Source of the DNA: Eledone cirrhosa
Taxonomy: Eukaryota
Reading direction: 5' to 3'
Assembly: GCA_964016885.1 (NCBI GenBank)
Contig: OZ024743.1
Span: 225,184,001-225,248,000 of the forward strand
DNA: 64,000 nucleotides
The notes beneath the pieces are model-generated. The model did not search any database. It was given only the letters and a program-made list of their open reading frames with translations, and was not told the DNA's origin. Positions 31,408 to 44,397 of this stretch are shown one piece after another (the stretch's first letter is position 1; the number at the start of each line of letters is the position of its first letter). The position numbers were made by a program, and so were the translations under genes.

Positions 31408-32022
31408 GGTGGGCGCTTATAAATCATAAATCATCAGTGGAAGCCCATTAAACTTTGATATAAGAAAGAAATTCTTACCGCAGTAAAAAATCGTGTCTGT
31501 TAATTTGCTCCTTCTCGCATCAAATGACCGCCAAATTTGAAATTCCAGCAGTTTTTGACTGAGGAAGTATCATAGCGACACGAAGCGGGAAGGGGAAACA
31601 ACTACGATCCACGAAAGGAGGAAAAAAATAATATACACGCGGGTTAAATAGTTTTTTCGAAAACATTATCAATCCAACGTGTTAAGAACTCAATTGAAAA
31701 TAAAAAAAATAAATATATGTGTGTATAAATTACACACGCATATAGATATTTTCTTAGGCTAAAATCAGAAGTTGTACCCGAATAAGAACCGCATCTCATA
31801 ACCGCAGTAAATACAGAAAGTTATGCTTTAAATGGCAAATGGGAATGTAAATCTCCGGCCGAATTAAGAGTAAAATATAAAACACACGCGGGTTAATTAG
31901 TTATTTCGAAACCTATATCAATTCTTCGTGTAAAGAACTCAATTAATTAAAGAAAATAAATGTATGCATGTAATTATATACATAGGCATATATATATTTT
32001 CTCAGGCTAAAAAACAGAGAAG
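31408..32022. repeat. Diverged direct repeat of unknown origin, possibly a PLE terminal remnant
   Basis: ACCGCAGTAAA...ACACGCGGGTTAA...AAGAACTCAATT...AGGCTAAAA occurs twice. Confidence 0.6.
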
Positions 32023-32189
32023 TTATATATATATATATATAATATATATAATATATATATATATATAATATATATAATATATATATAATATATATATATA
32101 TATAATATATATAATATATATATATATATAATATATATAATATATATATAATATATATATATATATAATATATATAATATATATATATA

Positions 32190-33932
32190 TGTGGTTGCCA
32201 GGTTGGATTCTCTGTTTAATTTTGACATGTGTAGGAGCGAGTTTGAGTCAGTTTGTGCTCGTTGTGTATATCCTGGGAGATGGGGTTCATCTCTAATGGT
32301 GCTTAAGTATCTATCCAGCTGCAATTTGAATGATTCCACACTGTATCCTGATAGATTTCTGACAAGTACCGGAATGGAGTTGAATAGTTGTGCCCCTCTA
32401 ACCAACAGATTTGACTCTTGCAGGGTTTTTGCTGCCTGGCCAGCCCTTTTGTTGATTGGTGGTAGCTGGCAGCGTCTTCCGTGGTGCAGTGAGTGGTAGG
32501 TTTTGATACCAAAGTTTGGCACCTTTTGCTCTATCATTTTCCAAATGTATATAATTCGGTATCGCTCAAATCTTCTTTCTATTGAGTACATCTTCAAGGT
32601 TTTGAGTCTTTACCAATAGTCCAGGTCCCTCGTTTCTGAGAAGTATGAGGTAAAATTTCTTTGGAGCGATTCCATCTTAGATAGTTGGCCCTTTGTTGTT
32701 GGTGACCACAACTGAGAACAGTAGTCAATCCTCGGAAGTATCATACTGTTCCAGAGGGTTTTCATTGTTGAGGTATCTCTTGATTTGAAGGTGCGCAAGA
32801 TCCACCCGCTGTACTTTCTTGCAGTAAGACAGACTGAGTAAAGGTGTTCTCTGAATTTTAGGCTGGTTCCCATGTGGATGCCTAAATCTTTCACACACTG
32901 TTTTTCCATTATTTGTTGTCCTGATGGGTTTCTGTAGTTTGTTGTATTTTTCAGATCTTGATCTGTTCCGTAGCGAATTAGTTCAAACTTCTTATCATTG
33001 AACAACATGTTGTTTGTTTCCTGCCATTTGTATATGGTGGTTAGGTCCTTTTGTAAGGCCTCTGTATCCACCTAATCTTTGATTTGTCTCATGACCCTGG
33101 TGTCATCAGCAAAGGATGAGACGTTGCTGGTTGTATCTTCATCTATGTCAGAGATGAGGATGAGAAACAGGATCGGACTGAGTACTGTACCCTGAGGAAC
33201 ACTGCTGGTCACAGGTGATGGTGTTGAATGGGTTCCATTCACAGTGACTGTTTGAGTTCTATTTGTAAGGAACTCATGTATCCATGTACCAACTTTTCCT
33301 CCTACTCCTAGCTTTCGAAGTTTGTGTCCCAGGATGCCATGATCTACCTTGTCAAATGCCTTGGCAAAGTCGAGGTAAATAACATCTGTGTTGTATCCAT
33401 TCTCTAGATTTTCTAGGATTTGGTGTGCCAGTAGTTGGTGTGCCAGTAGTTGGGAAAGACATGATCTACCTAACCTGAATCCATGCTGATTGCAATTCAT
33501 CAGATTGTTGGATTACAGGAACTCAACCAGTTTTCCACGAACTATTCTTTCGAAGACCTTGATAATGTGTGATGTCAGTGAGATTGGTCGGTAGTTCTTT
33601 GGTTTTGATTTGCTGTCCCCTTTATGTATTGGAGTTATGTGTGCTTCTTTATATGTATTTGATATTTTGCCATTCTCCATAGATTCCTTCCATATCATGT
33701 AAAGGGGTTTCAACAATTGTACCTTGCAGCTTTTAAGTATCATGGCATTGAAACCATCAGGCCCCGCAGCCGAGTGCATGGAGAGCTTGTCTATGGCTCT
33801 TTCTATGTCTTCTGGGTTGAAATCAATGTCGGATAGGGTAGGTTTAGTATGGTCGATATCCTTGAAGAATTCTCCTGGGTCATGGATCTTCATGGTTTTA
33901 GATGGCTCACTGAAGACACTTTCATACTGTTG
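32190..33932 (-). pseudogene. CR1-group LINE RT fragment with three in-frame stops
   Basis: NYRPISLTS, YLDFAKAFD, VPQGTVLSP, FADD, ERRFERY; four track ORFs share one frame; 15-bp duplication LLAHQ. Confidence 0.92.
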
Positions 33933-34216
33933 ATATATATATATATATATAATATATATATATATTATATATAATATATATATATATATATAATATATAT
34001 ATATATTATATATAATATATATATATATATATATAATATATATATATATTATATATAATATATATATATATATATAATATATATATATATTATATATATA
34101 TATATATATTATATATATAATATATATATATATATAATATATATATATAATATATATATATATATATAATATATATAATATATATAATATATATATAAAT
34201 ATAATATATATATATA
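33933..34216. repeat. (TA)n/(TATAA) microsatellite
   Basis: Direct observation. Confidence 0.98.
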
Positions 34217-35020
34217 AGGTAGCCGGTTTCGGGCCCGTTTTCAGGGGTTGGATCGCAGCAATGTACAGCGATATCTGCTCAGTTGTGAGGGTGAACGGTC
34301 ACCTGTCGCAGCTGTTCAGCATCATGCGCTCAGTCCGCCAGTGTCGAGCACCAGACACGTCCAGATGCTCGGCACCGCTCTCAAGGAATACGAAGCGGTG
34401 ACAGGAGCAAAGATAAACCAGGAAAAGTCGGTGGGCTTGCAGCTCGGCACCTGGAGAGGCAAGTCCATGCCAACCGACAGTGTCGTGGGGCGTTGGACGG
34501 ACGGACCGGTTAAATTGCTCGGGATCTGGTTCGGACCGGCTCTCCAGATGGAGAAAAACTGGAACGAGGTAACGGGCAGGGTGGCCTCCCTCACCCAGAA
34601 ATGGGCTGAGTGGAAGCTGTCCTTGAAAAGCCGGGCGGAGGTGGCGAATGCGTACATCGCATCCGTCATCTGCTACCGCCTCACCGTCATCCCTTGCTCC
34701 AGCCCAACTCTCACCAAAATGGAGCGCTTTTTGTGGAAGGGACGCGCTCCCATGGTCAGACGATCCATCTGCTGTCAACACCCATTGTGTGGAGGACTGG
34801 GCATACCATGGCTGATGATGCGCAAACATGCGCTGAGGCTGCGACTTCTCTGGTGCTTCCTTGATGGTGAACGGGTGTGGTTGCTGTTCGCCAGGCACGT
34901 TTTCCCACAGCTCGTCTCCTTGACGGAGCTGCAGTCCTGGGTCAGAAAAAGACCGAGGGATAGCGCTTGGAAACTGGAATGTCTCCAGGCGCTCACTGCC
35001 CTCTCCCAGCTGGGCTGGAT
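34217..35020 (+). pseudogene. GC-rich L1/Tx1-clade LINE fragment (post-RT region)
   Basis: TGAKINQEKS, LLGIWFG, W.LSLKSRA.VAN, GGLGIP. Confidence 0.8.
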
Positions 35021-35039
35021 TATATATATAATATATATA

Positions 35040-35131
<92 letters not shown>

Positions 35132-35418
35132 CAAATAACGAAACAAAATTAAATTTCGTTTCGCTTCTAACTCACTTTTGTATGACTGACGCTTAAACAA
35201 TTAAGTTAAAGTGTACATCTACATATGTATACGGAAGTATTAGTATGCATATAAATACACACATGTATACATATGTACATGTACTGAGTTTTTCACTGGA
35301 CACTTTACAGTGAGTGTCCAGCTAGTCTGTATGTAACCACACAGACGGACCGGGTTTTAGAGTCATACGAGTTTTCAAGGAAACACATTTCCTCTATTCT
35401 CCAGAGAGCCAGACAGGA

Positions 35419-35461
35419 ATATTGGACTAGTTTCGATGTTATTACATCTCATCAGCAATAT
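35419..35461 (-). ncRNA. Canonical minimal type I hammerhead ribozyme
   Basis: ATATTG-CTGATGA-GATGT aata ACATC-GAAA-CTAG-TC^CAATAT. Confidence 0.92.
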
Positions 35462-35888
35462 AAACCCATCTTCCGGCTTCTCTAGAGAATTGTAAAAGCA
35501 TATATCGTTATATGCTTTTTCTATGAAAATTAGTAGTGGGTAGACTAATTTGCATAGAACGTGAGTCATTGTACGCACCGGTTCAGCGGAAACGATAAAA
35601 ACAAATAACGAAACGAAATTAAATTTCGTTTCGCTTCTAACTCACTTTTGTATGACTGACGCTTAAACAATTAAGTTAAAGTGTACATCTACATATGTAT
35701 ACGGAAGTATTAGTATGCATATAAATACACACATGTATACATATGTACATGTACTGAGTTTTTCACTGGACACTTTACAGTGAGTGTCCAGCTAGTCTGT
35801 ATGTAACCACACAGACGGACCGGGTTTTAGAGTCATACGAGTTTTCAAGGAAACACATTTCCTCTATTCTCCAGAGAGCCAGACAGGA

Positions 35889-35931
35889 ATATTGGACTAG
35901 TTTCGATGTTATTACATCTCATCAGCAATAT
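35889..35931 (-). ncRNA. Canonical minimal type I hammerhead ribozyme, second unit
   Basis: Identical to 35419-35461. Confidence 0.92.
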
Positions 35932-37355
35932 AAACCCATCTTCCGGCATCTCTAGAGAATTGTAAAAGCATATATCGTTATATGCTTTTTCTATGAAAAT
36001 TAGTAGTGGGTAGACTAATTTGCATAGAACGTGAGTCATTGTACGCACCGGTTCAGCGGAAACGATAAAAACAAATAACGAAAACTCAGTACATGTACAT
36101 ATGTATACATGTGTGTATTTATATCATAAAGATAAACTGCAGTATATAGTGAATAAGGACAACGTAAACAATCCTAGTAATTACTACTATATATATATAT
36201 AAAATCTGTAATCTCTGCCTAAATGAAAAATTTACCATTATCTCTAACCTAGATTCTATAATAAATAGACGTACAGATTTGTTTTCTATCTGCCTGCATA
36301 AATTCCATAGGACTTTTCACAAAGTATACAGTTAATATTCAATTCTTTATCAATTTAGAATCTTTTCTCAAAGGCACATATACATACACCTCTTTAAAAT
36401 ATACCCATCTTCCTACCTTACTTTAAAGGGCATTATACACTCTATAATACTTGTTTACTCATTACCCTCATTCTATCTTCACCTTGTAAATTCTTCATAA
36501 CATAATACATTTGTTTTTTTGACGTTAGAATATTCATCCGCAATCATTATTATTTTTTCTCTCTATCATAAATCTTTTTAATCTCAATTTCATCCTTAAT
36601 TTATTATTTTTTTCTCCCCATCAACGAACTCATTCTTAATACATATTAACTCTTTATTCGCATATATTATCAATTCCTTCAATATACAAACTTTAACTTC
36701 ACATTATTTTTCTCAAATCCTTCTACACACAAACCTTAATAATTTTTCTCTTCGTTAATTTTGAAATTGCCACAATACTTATCAACATACACTTTTTTTG
36801 ACGTTAGAATATTCATCCACAATTATTATTTTTTCTCTCTATCTTCATACATAAATTCCGTTCGTTAATTTTCAAATTCCTTTAATTTATACATTATCTT
36901 CCAACGGTTCTCAACCTCTCTATGTAAAACAATATATCTTTTTCTCAGTTATAAAAACTATCTCTTTCTCTCTATCACCCATCTCTCCCTCTCCACCTTC
37001 ACTCTCATCTCCTCCCCCCTTTTTCATCCTTTCCACCCCCCCCCCTCCCTAAATAAAATATTTTTTCCTCGCACATATCCTCCCTTCGGTTAATTTTCAA
37101 ATTTTTTTAATTTATACATTATCTTCCAACGGTTTTCAACCTCTCTATGTAAAACAATATATCTCCTCTCAGTTATAAAAACTATCTCTTTCTCTCTATC
37201 ACCCATCTCTCCCTCTCATCTCCTCCCCTTTTTCATCCTTTCCACCCTCTCTAAATAAAATATTTTTCCCAATATCACACATCAATCTAAAACCACTTTT
37301 CATATGTTGATTTAAAACTGCACTATCCACAAGTGTTTTTTAGCCTTCATATCAT

Positions 37356-37441
37356 GTTCTCCTGTTTTATCTGATGAAAACACAAATATTATTGCATGAT
37401 GATGTTTGTTTTTGAAATGCGCATAATAAAATACATGGAAC
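37356..37441 (+). ncRNA. Type I hammerhead (family A, 5' repeat)
   Basis: TTTTAT-CTGATGA-long AU/GU stem II-GAAA-TGCGCA-TA^ATAAAA; palindromic stem III. Confidence 0.85.
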
Positions 37442-37637
37442 TCCTTTAACCATCTTTTGATCTTATATTATGTATACTCCAGTCCTACAAACTGTAGAGT
37501 GCTTCTTATCCGATATCTGCATTGCTTTATTGTACTACAATAAAACTCACCTCCTACATTAACTTGCTCCTTAACGGTTGAGCGCTTACTCTCATATTGG
37601 ATACCTTTTGATGGTCCTTCACCTCTTCTTCTACAAC

Positions 37638-40040
37638 ATGGATTATTACAACATAACCAATTCAACTAAAGACATTCCTATACCTGGTAAATCTGAATTC
37701 ACCAAACTTCTTATTGAAAAAACTGACTCCTTCGTAAGAAGACTTAGATGGACAGCCTAGTTCTATGACCAGCGCCTAAAAGGGAACTTCCATACCAAAG
37801 AACATAACTTCCTCGATCATCTTTTTAATTCTAGACGAAATCCTCCTTCCAACAAAAATCTAGTACAATTCGAGGAAGAATTAACTAAAATAATAAAAAA
37901 TCTTAAATTCAAGAGATACCCTTACAAAGGACAAGAGCACCTTGTAAATCTCAAGAACACAATCTCTAACCTAAATTCCTCAAAAAATGTTTTAGTCCAC
38001 TCTGACAAAACCAATAACTTATATGGTATTTCCAAGGATAATTATAACAACCTTATCCTAAAGGAACTTAGGAAAAAGTATCGTAAAACCAACCATGAAA
38101 ATTTAGAATACATAAACCTTGAAGCCTCTGAGATTATGTCAAAACTTGGCATTGAAAAAAAGACCGAACCATTCCTCCCAAGAACTCCGAGGATAAATCT
38201 CAAGGATCACAAAAACAATTTTCGCACTGAACTACCTGTTAGAATAATCAACCCCTCTAAATCTGATCTGGGGGTTGTTAGTAAAGCCATCTTAGATAGA
38301 ATTATCCCACAGGTTAGTTCTAATTGCTCTTCTTTGAACCTAAATTTATGGTTTGGTACTTCTGAGGTGATTGGCTGGTTCAACAAATTGGATAATAAAA
38401 ACAAACTAAAATTTATTCAATTTGATATTGCCAGCTACTATTCCTCCATTTCGCCTTCACTTCTCAATAATGCTCTATCTTTCGCACTTAAATATTCTGA
38501 CATCACCACAGATGAACTTCACATCATCCTCACCGCACGTAAAACCATCCTAGAGTTCAACAACGAATATTGGACCAGAGCCGATACCTCTAACAACTTC
38601 GACATCACAATGGGAGCATCCGATTCATCCCAATTGACTGATTTAATTGGTATCTTCATTTTGAACTCTTTGAGTCGGAAAATTCCTCAACTTCGCGGTG
38701 GAATTTATCGTGACGATGGCCTCTTTACTATCCTAAATTGCAATATAGTTAACCTTAATATTATTAAGAACAATATACGTAATCTCTTTAATCAACATAA
38801 CCTAAAAATTGAATTTGATAATAGTATCAAACTAGCTAATTTCTTGGATGTATCTCTTAATCTTGACACTGGCCTATATTACCCTTACCATAAAAACAAT
38901 GAGAACCTAAATTATGTTAACTTTAAATCTAACCATCCTACCAATATCAAGAATGCTATAGTTAGTAATATTGGAACAAGAATATCTAACATATCCTCTA
39001 ATAAAAACATCTTTGATGCTAACGCCAATTACTATAATAACGCACTTTCTAAAGCCGGCTATCCAGATAAAATCAAATATAGTAAAGAAACAAATTCTAG
39101 AAAAACTTACAGTAGAATAATTAATCATGATCATTCCAATAATTTTAATAAAAGACCTAGATACAAAAACATAATCTGGTATAATGCTCCTTTCTCCATC
39201 TCTATTAATAACAATATTCCTAAATTATTTTTTAGTGCCTTAAATAAATGCTTCCCTCCCTCACATATCTATAGTAAAATATTTAACAAACACACCATCA
39301 AATTTTCTTATTCTACATCCTCCAATATTTCCAACATCATCTCTAAACACAACAATAAAATACTAAATACTAAATCTCTTCCTTCCAACATTGAATTTCA
39401 TAATAACAGTAATAGTACTCCCGACGTCATTGTAAACCCTAGGCTAACTTCTGTAAACCCAAATACAACGTCAAACACAACTTCGCTAAATGTTCATAAT
39501 ACAACTCTAAATCAAGAAACTATTATTCCTATTATTCCTATCGCAAACAACTTCTCCAATCCAATTCCTTCTATAGATAACACTAGGTCACTCATTAATA
39601 ATCTCTCTAATTGCAACTGCCGCATTAAAAATAAATGTCCTCTCAACAACCATTGTCTCGATAAAAACTTAATTTATGAATGTAAAATTATAACTAGCAC
39701 CAATTCCTTCACCTATTTTGGCTCCACTTCCACCTCTTTTAAAGCTCGTCTCTATAATCATCATTCATCTTTCAAATACAAACTTAAAAGAACCAACACT
39801 GCTCTCTCAGAACTCATATGGTCCTTAAAAGACAAAAACATTAAATATACCATCTTTTGGAAGAAGGTTTCTTCTGCATCCTCATACTTGAACAGCTCTC
39901 TATCTAAAATCTGTAATCTCTGCCTAAATGAAAAATTTACCATTATCTCTAACCTAGATTCTATAATAAATAGACGTACAGATTTGTTTTCTATCTGCCT
40001 GCATAAATTCCATAGGACTTTTCACAAAGTATACAGTTAA
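37638..40040 (+). CDS. PLE RT + GIY-YIG polyprotein (~800 codons) with one in-frame TAG at 37758
   Basis: STKDIPIP...FVRRLRW N-terminus in frame with 38136-40040; FDIASYY, MGASDS, YRDDG, CNCR..CPL..C, LIY...YFG. Confidence 0.9.
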
Positions 40041-41059
40041 TATTCAATTCTTTATCAATTTAGAATCTTTTCTCAAAGGCACATATACATACACCTCTTT
40101 AAAATATACCCATCTTCCTACCTTACTTTAAAGGGCATTATACACTCTATAATACTTGTTTACTCATTACCCTCATTCTATCTTCACCTTGTAAATCCTT
40201 CATAACATATACATTTGTTTTTTTGACGTTAGAATATTCATCCGCAATCATTATTATTTTTTCTCTCTATCATAAATCTTTTTAATCTCAATTTCATCCT
40301 TAATTTATTATTTTTTTCTCCCCATCAACGAACTCATTCTTAATACATATTAACTCTTTATTCGCATATATTATCAATTCCTTCAATATACAAACTTTAA
40401 CTTCACATTATTTTTCTCAAATCCTTCTACACACAAACCTTAATAATTTTTCTCTTCGTTAATTTTGAAATTGCCACAATACTTATCAACATACACTTTT
40501 TTTGACGTTAGAATATTCATCCACAATTATTATTTTTTCTCTCTATCTTCATACATAAATTCCCTTCGTTAATTTTCAAATTCCTTTAATTTATACATTA
40601 TCTTCCAACGGTTCTCAACCTCTCTATGTAAAACAATATATCTTTTTCTCAGTTATAAAAACTATCTCTTTCTCTCTATCACCCATCTCTCCCTCTCCAC
40701 CTTCACTCTCATCTCCTCCCCCTTTTTTCATCCTTTCCACCCCCCCCTCCCTAAATAAAATATTTTTTCCTCGCACATATCCTCCCTTCGTTAATTTTCA
40801 AATTTTTTTGATTTATACATTATCTTCCAACGGTTTTCAACCTCTCTATGTAAAACAATATATCTCCTCTCAGTTATAAAAACTATCTCTTTCTCTCTAT
40901 CACCCATCTCTCCCTCTCATCTCCTCCCCTTTTTCATCCTTTCCACCCCCCTCTCTAAATAAAATATTTTTCCCAATATCACACATCAATCTAAAACCAC
41001 TTTTCATATGTTGATTTAAAACTGCACTATCCACAAGTGTTTTTTAGCCTTCATATCAT

Positions 41060-41145
41060 GTTCTCCTGTTTTATCTGATGAAAACACAAATATTATTGCA
41101 TGATGATGTTTGTTTTTGAAATGCGCATAATAAAATACATGGAAC
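41060..41145 (+). ncRNA. Type I hammerhead (family A, 3' repeat)
   Basis: Identical to 37356-37441. Confidence 0.85.
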
Positions 41146-41187
41146 TCCTTTAACCATCTTTTGATCTTATATTATATATATATATAT

Positions 41188-41292
<105 letters not shown>

Positions 41293-41360
41293 CATAGATA
41301 TAGATATATAGATATATATATATACATAGATATATATATATATATATATATACATAAATA

Positions 41361-41440
<80 letters not shown>

Positions 41441-41529
41441 CATACATAGATATATATATATACTCTTTTACTCTTTTACTTGTTTCAGCCATCCGGCTGA
41501 GGCCATGCTGGGGCACCGCCCTTGTTGCT

Positions 41530-42905
41530 ACACATTTTATCTCCAGCCTGTATAGGTTGGCCACTGGTGTAAGAGGGAGTTCATTGCTGCTGCCCTTAGG
41601 TTTCCCTCGTGCCTTGCTGTGGGCTCATCCGGGATCCTGGATAACAAGGTGTCGAGATGTTTCTTAAAGACATCCACCTCCACGTCATGCAAGTCTCTCA
41701 GATGCCTCGGCAGCCTGTTGAAGAGTTGAGGGCCCTTGAATCCCAGGCTATTGCAATACCTGCTCCTTATTCTAGATGTGGAAGACGGGACCTTTGGCAC
41801 CAGACAGTGACGTCCTGTTCGACGGTTGGTCCAGCTCCCAATGCCAAAGTTTGGTGCTAGTCCCTCCAGGATTTTCCACATGTAGATCACTGCGTATCTC
41901 TCCCGTCTTCGCTCCAAGGAGTAGAGGTTCAGTTCCTTTAGCCTCTCCCAGTAGCTTGTCTCCTTCATCTTGGCAATCCTCTTGGTGTAGCTTCGCTGGA
42001 TTGTCTCAAGCTCCGTGGCTAGTTTGACACTATGGGGTGACCACAACTGGGAGCAGTAGTCCAGGCGGCTTAGTACAAAAGTCCTCCACAGTGTCAACAT
42101 GGTGTCTCGATCTCTTGTCCGGAAAGTCCTCAAGATCCAGCCAGCGAGTCGTCTGCATGTTGTTGCCACTTTCATGATGTGTGAAGAAAAAGATGCATCA
42201 TCGCTCATGTCTATGCCCAGGTCTCGTATCGATTTTGACACGGGGATATCGGTCCCTCCTGGTCCTGTGTAGCTGTGTTCCACTATATTTGTGTTTGCAG
42301 GTTTGTATTGTAGGGCTTGGAATTTGCCAGCATTAAACTGCATGTTGTTTTCTTCCGCCCATCTGTATATGGCATCCAGATCCTGCTGTAAAAGGGCAGC
42401 GTCAGCCGGGTTTTTGATTGCCTGTGCTACCTTAGTGTCATCAGCATAGCTAGTGAGGGATGTTGTTGCATGCACCACAGAGGGCATGTCCGAGAGAGCC
42501 ACCAAAAACAGTAGTGTCCCAGGACTGTCCCTTGGGGCACCCCACTTGTTATCGGTGTTTCCCTCGAGAGGGCCCCATTTGCTGCGACTGCCTGGCTTCT
42601 GTCCCTTAGGAAGCCATGCAGCCACTCACCTACTTTTCCAGTTATGCCGAGTCCGTGTAGTTTGTGACATATCATTCCGTGGTCAACCTTGTCAAAGGCC
42701 TTCGCAAAGTTAAGATATATCACGTCCACATGTGAGCTGTCTAGTAGTTGTCTCAGTACCCAGTCGTAGTGATGTAGCAGCTGTGTAAGGCAGCTTCTTC
42801 CTGGGTGGAAGCCATGTTGCGTGCTAGTCAGGCGGTCATTTTCTTTGAGGAAAGTGATTCGTTTCTTTCTGACGACTCGCTCCATGACCTTACTGATATG
42901 CGACC
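41530..42905 (-). pseudogene. CR1-group LINE RT/C-terminal fragment, frameshifted near 42520
   Basis: [35 protein letters not shown]. Confidence 0.92.
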
Positions 42906-42906
42906 T

Positions 42907-43680
<774 letters not shown>

Positions 43681-43681
<1 letters not shown>

Positions 43682-43937
43682 TTCGTTTCTGAATTTGTTT
43701 AGCAAGATTCTTTATCTGAAATCGTGTGTTGAAACCGATATTGTTATACTTTGGGAGGGTCATGTTGCCAATAAGAAACACACGCACCAGTTGCTTTCAC
43801 TTCAATTTAATTTAATATATATTTATAAATTTACAAATTTATAAATTTCTGGTTGGTTGGTTGGTTCCACAACCAGATAGTTGTTTATATATATATAGTC
43901 ATAGTTCTTTCGTCACACACTCTGTGACCTCTTCAGT
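43681..43937 (-). mobile_element. PLE family C terminal remnant: HHR, leader, putative ORF start MTLPKYNN
   Basis: Same order and homology as 25399-25713. Confidence 0.65.
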
Positions 43938-43938
43938 A
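43900..43938 (-). ncRNA. Hammerhead core (family C variant), 5' stem I lost
   Basis: CTGAAGA-G-GTCACA gagtg TGTGAC-GAAAGAACTA. Confidence 0.6.
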
Positions 43939-43979
43939 TATACATATATATACATATATATACATATATATACATATAT

Positions 43980-44148
<169 letters not shown>

Positions 44149-44149
44149 C

Positions 44150-44184
<35 letters not shown>

Positions 44185-44189
44185 CATAC

Positions 44190-44244
<55 letters not shown>

Positions 44245-44249
44245 CATAC

Positions 44250-44284
<35 letters not shown>

Positions 44285-44327
44285 CATACATATATATATA
44301 TATATATACATACATACATATATATAT

Positions 44328-44391
<64 letters not shown>

Positions 44392-44397
44392 ATATAC

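Larger units (their letters stand above)
35126..36124 (-). mobile_element. Retrozyme-like tandem: two 470-bp units, a partial unit and a short inverted end
   Basis: Units differ at about 2 positions; one HHR per unit; no credible ORF; many hairpins. Confidence 0.8.
36200..41173 (+). mobile_element. Near-complete Penelope-like element, family A, with ~1.27-kb direct pseudo-LTRs
   Basis: 36200-37469 repeats 39905-41173, including the ORF 3' end; HHR in each repeat. Confidence 0.93.

Noticed and set aside
31550-31600. CTGAGGA...GAAG hammerhead-like motif
   Set aside because: Stem II mismatch, no GAAA, stems I and III unconvincing; counted only as a weak remnant
35375-35578. 67-aa ORF repeated in the 470-bp unit
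   Set aside because: Non-ATG start, runs through the ribozyme cleavage site, no motif
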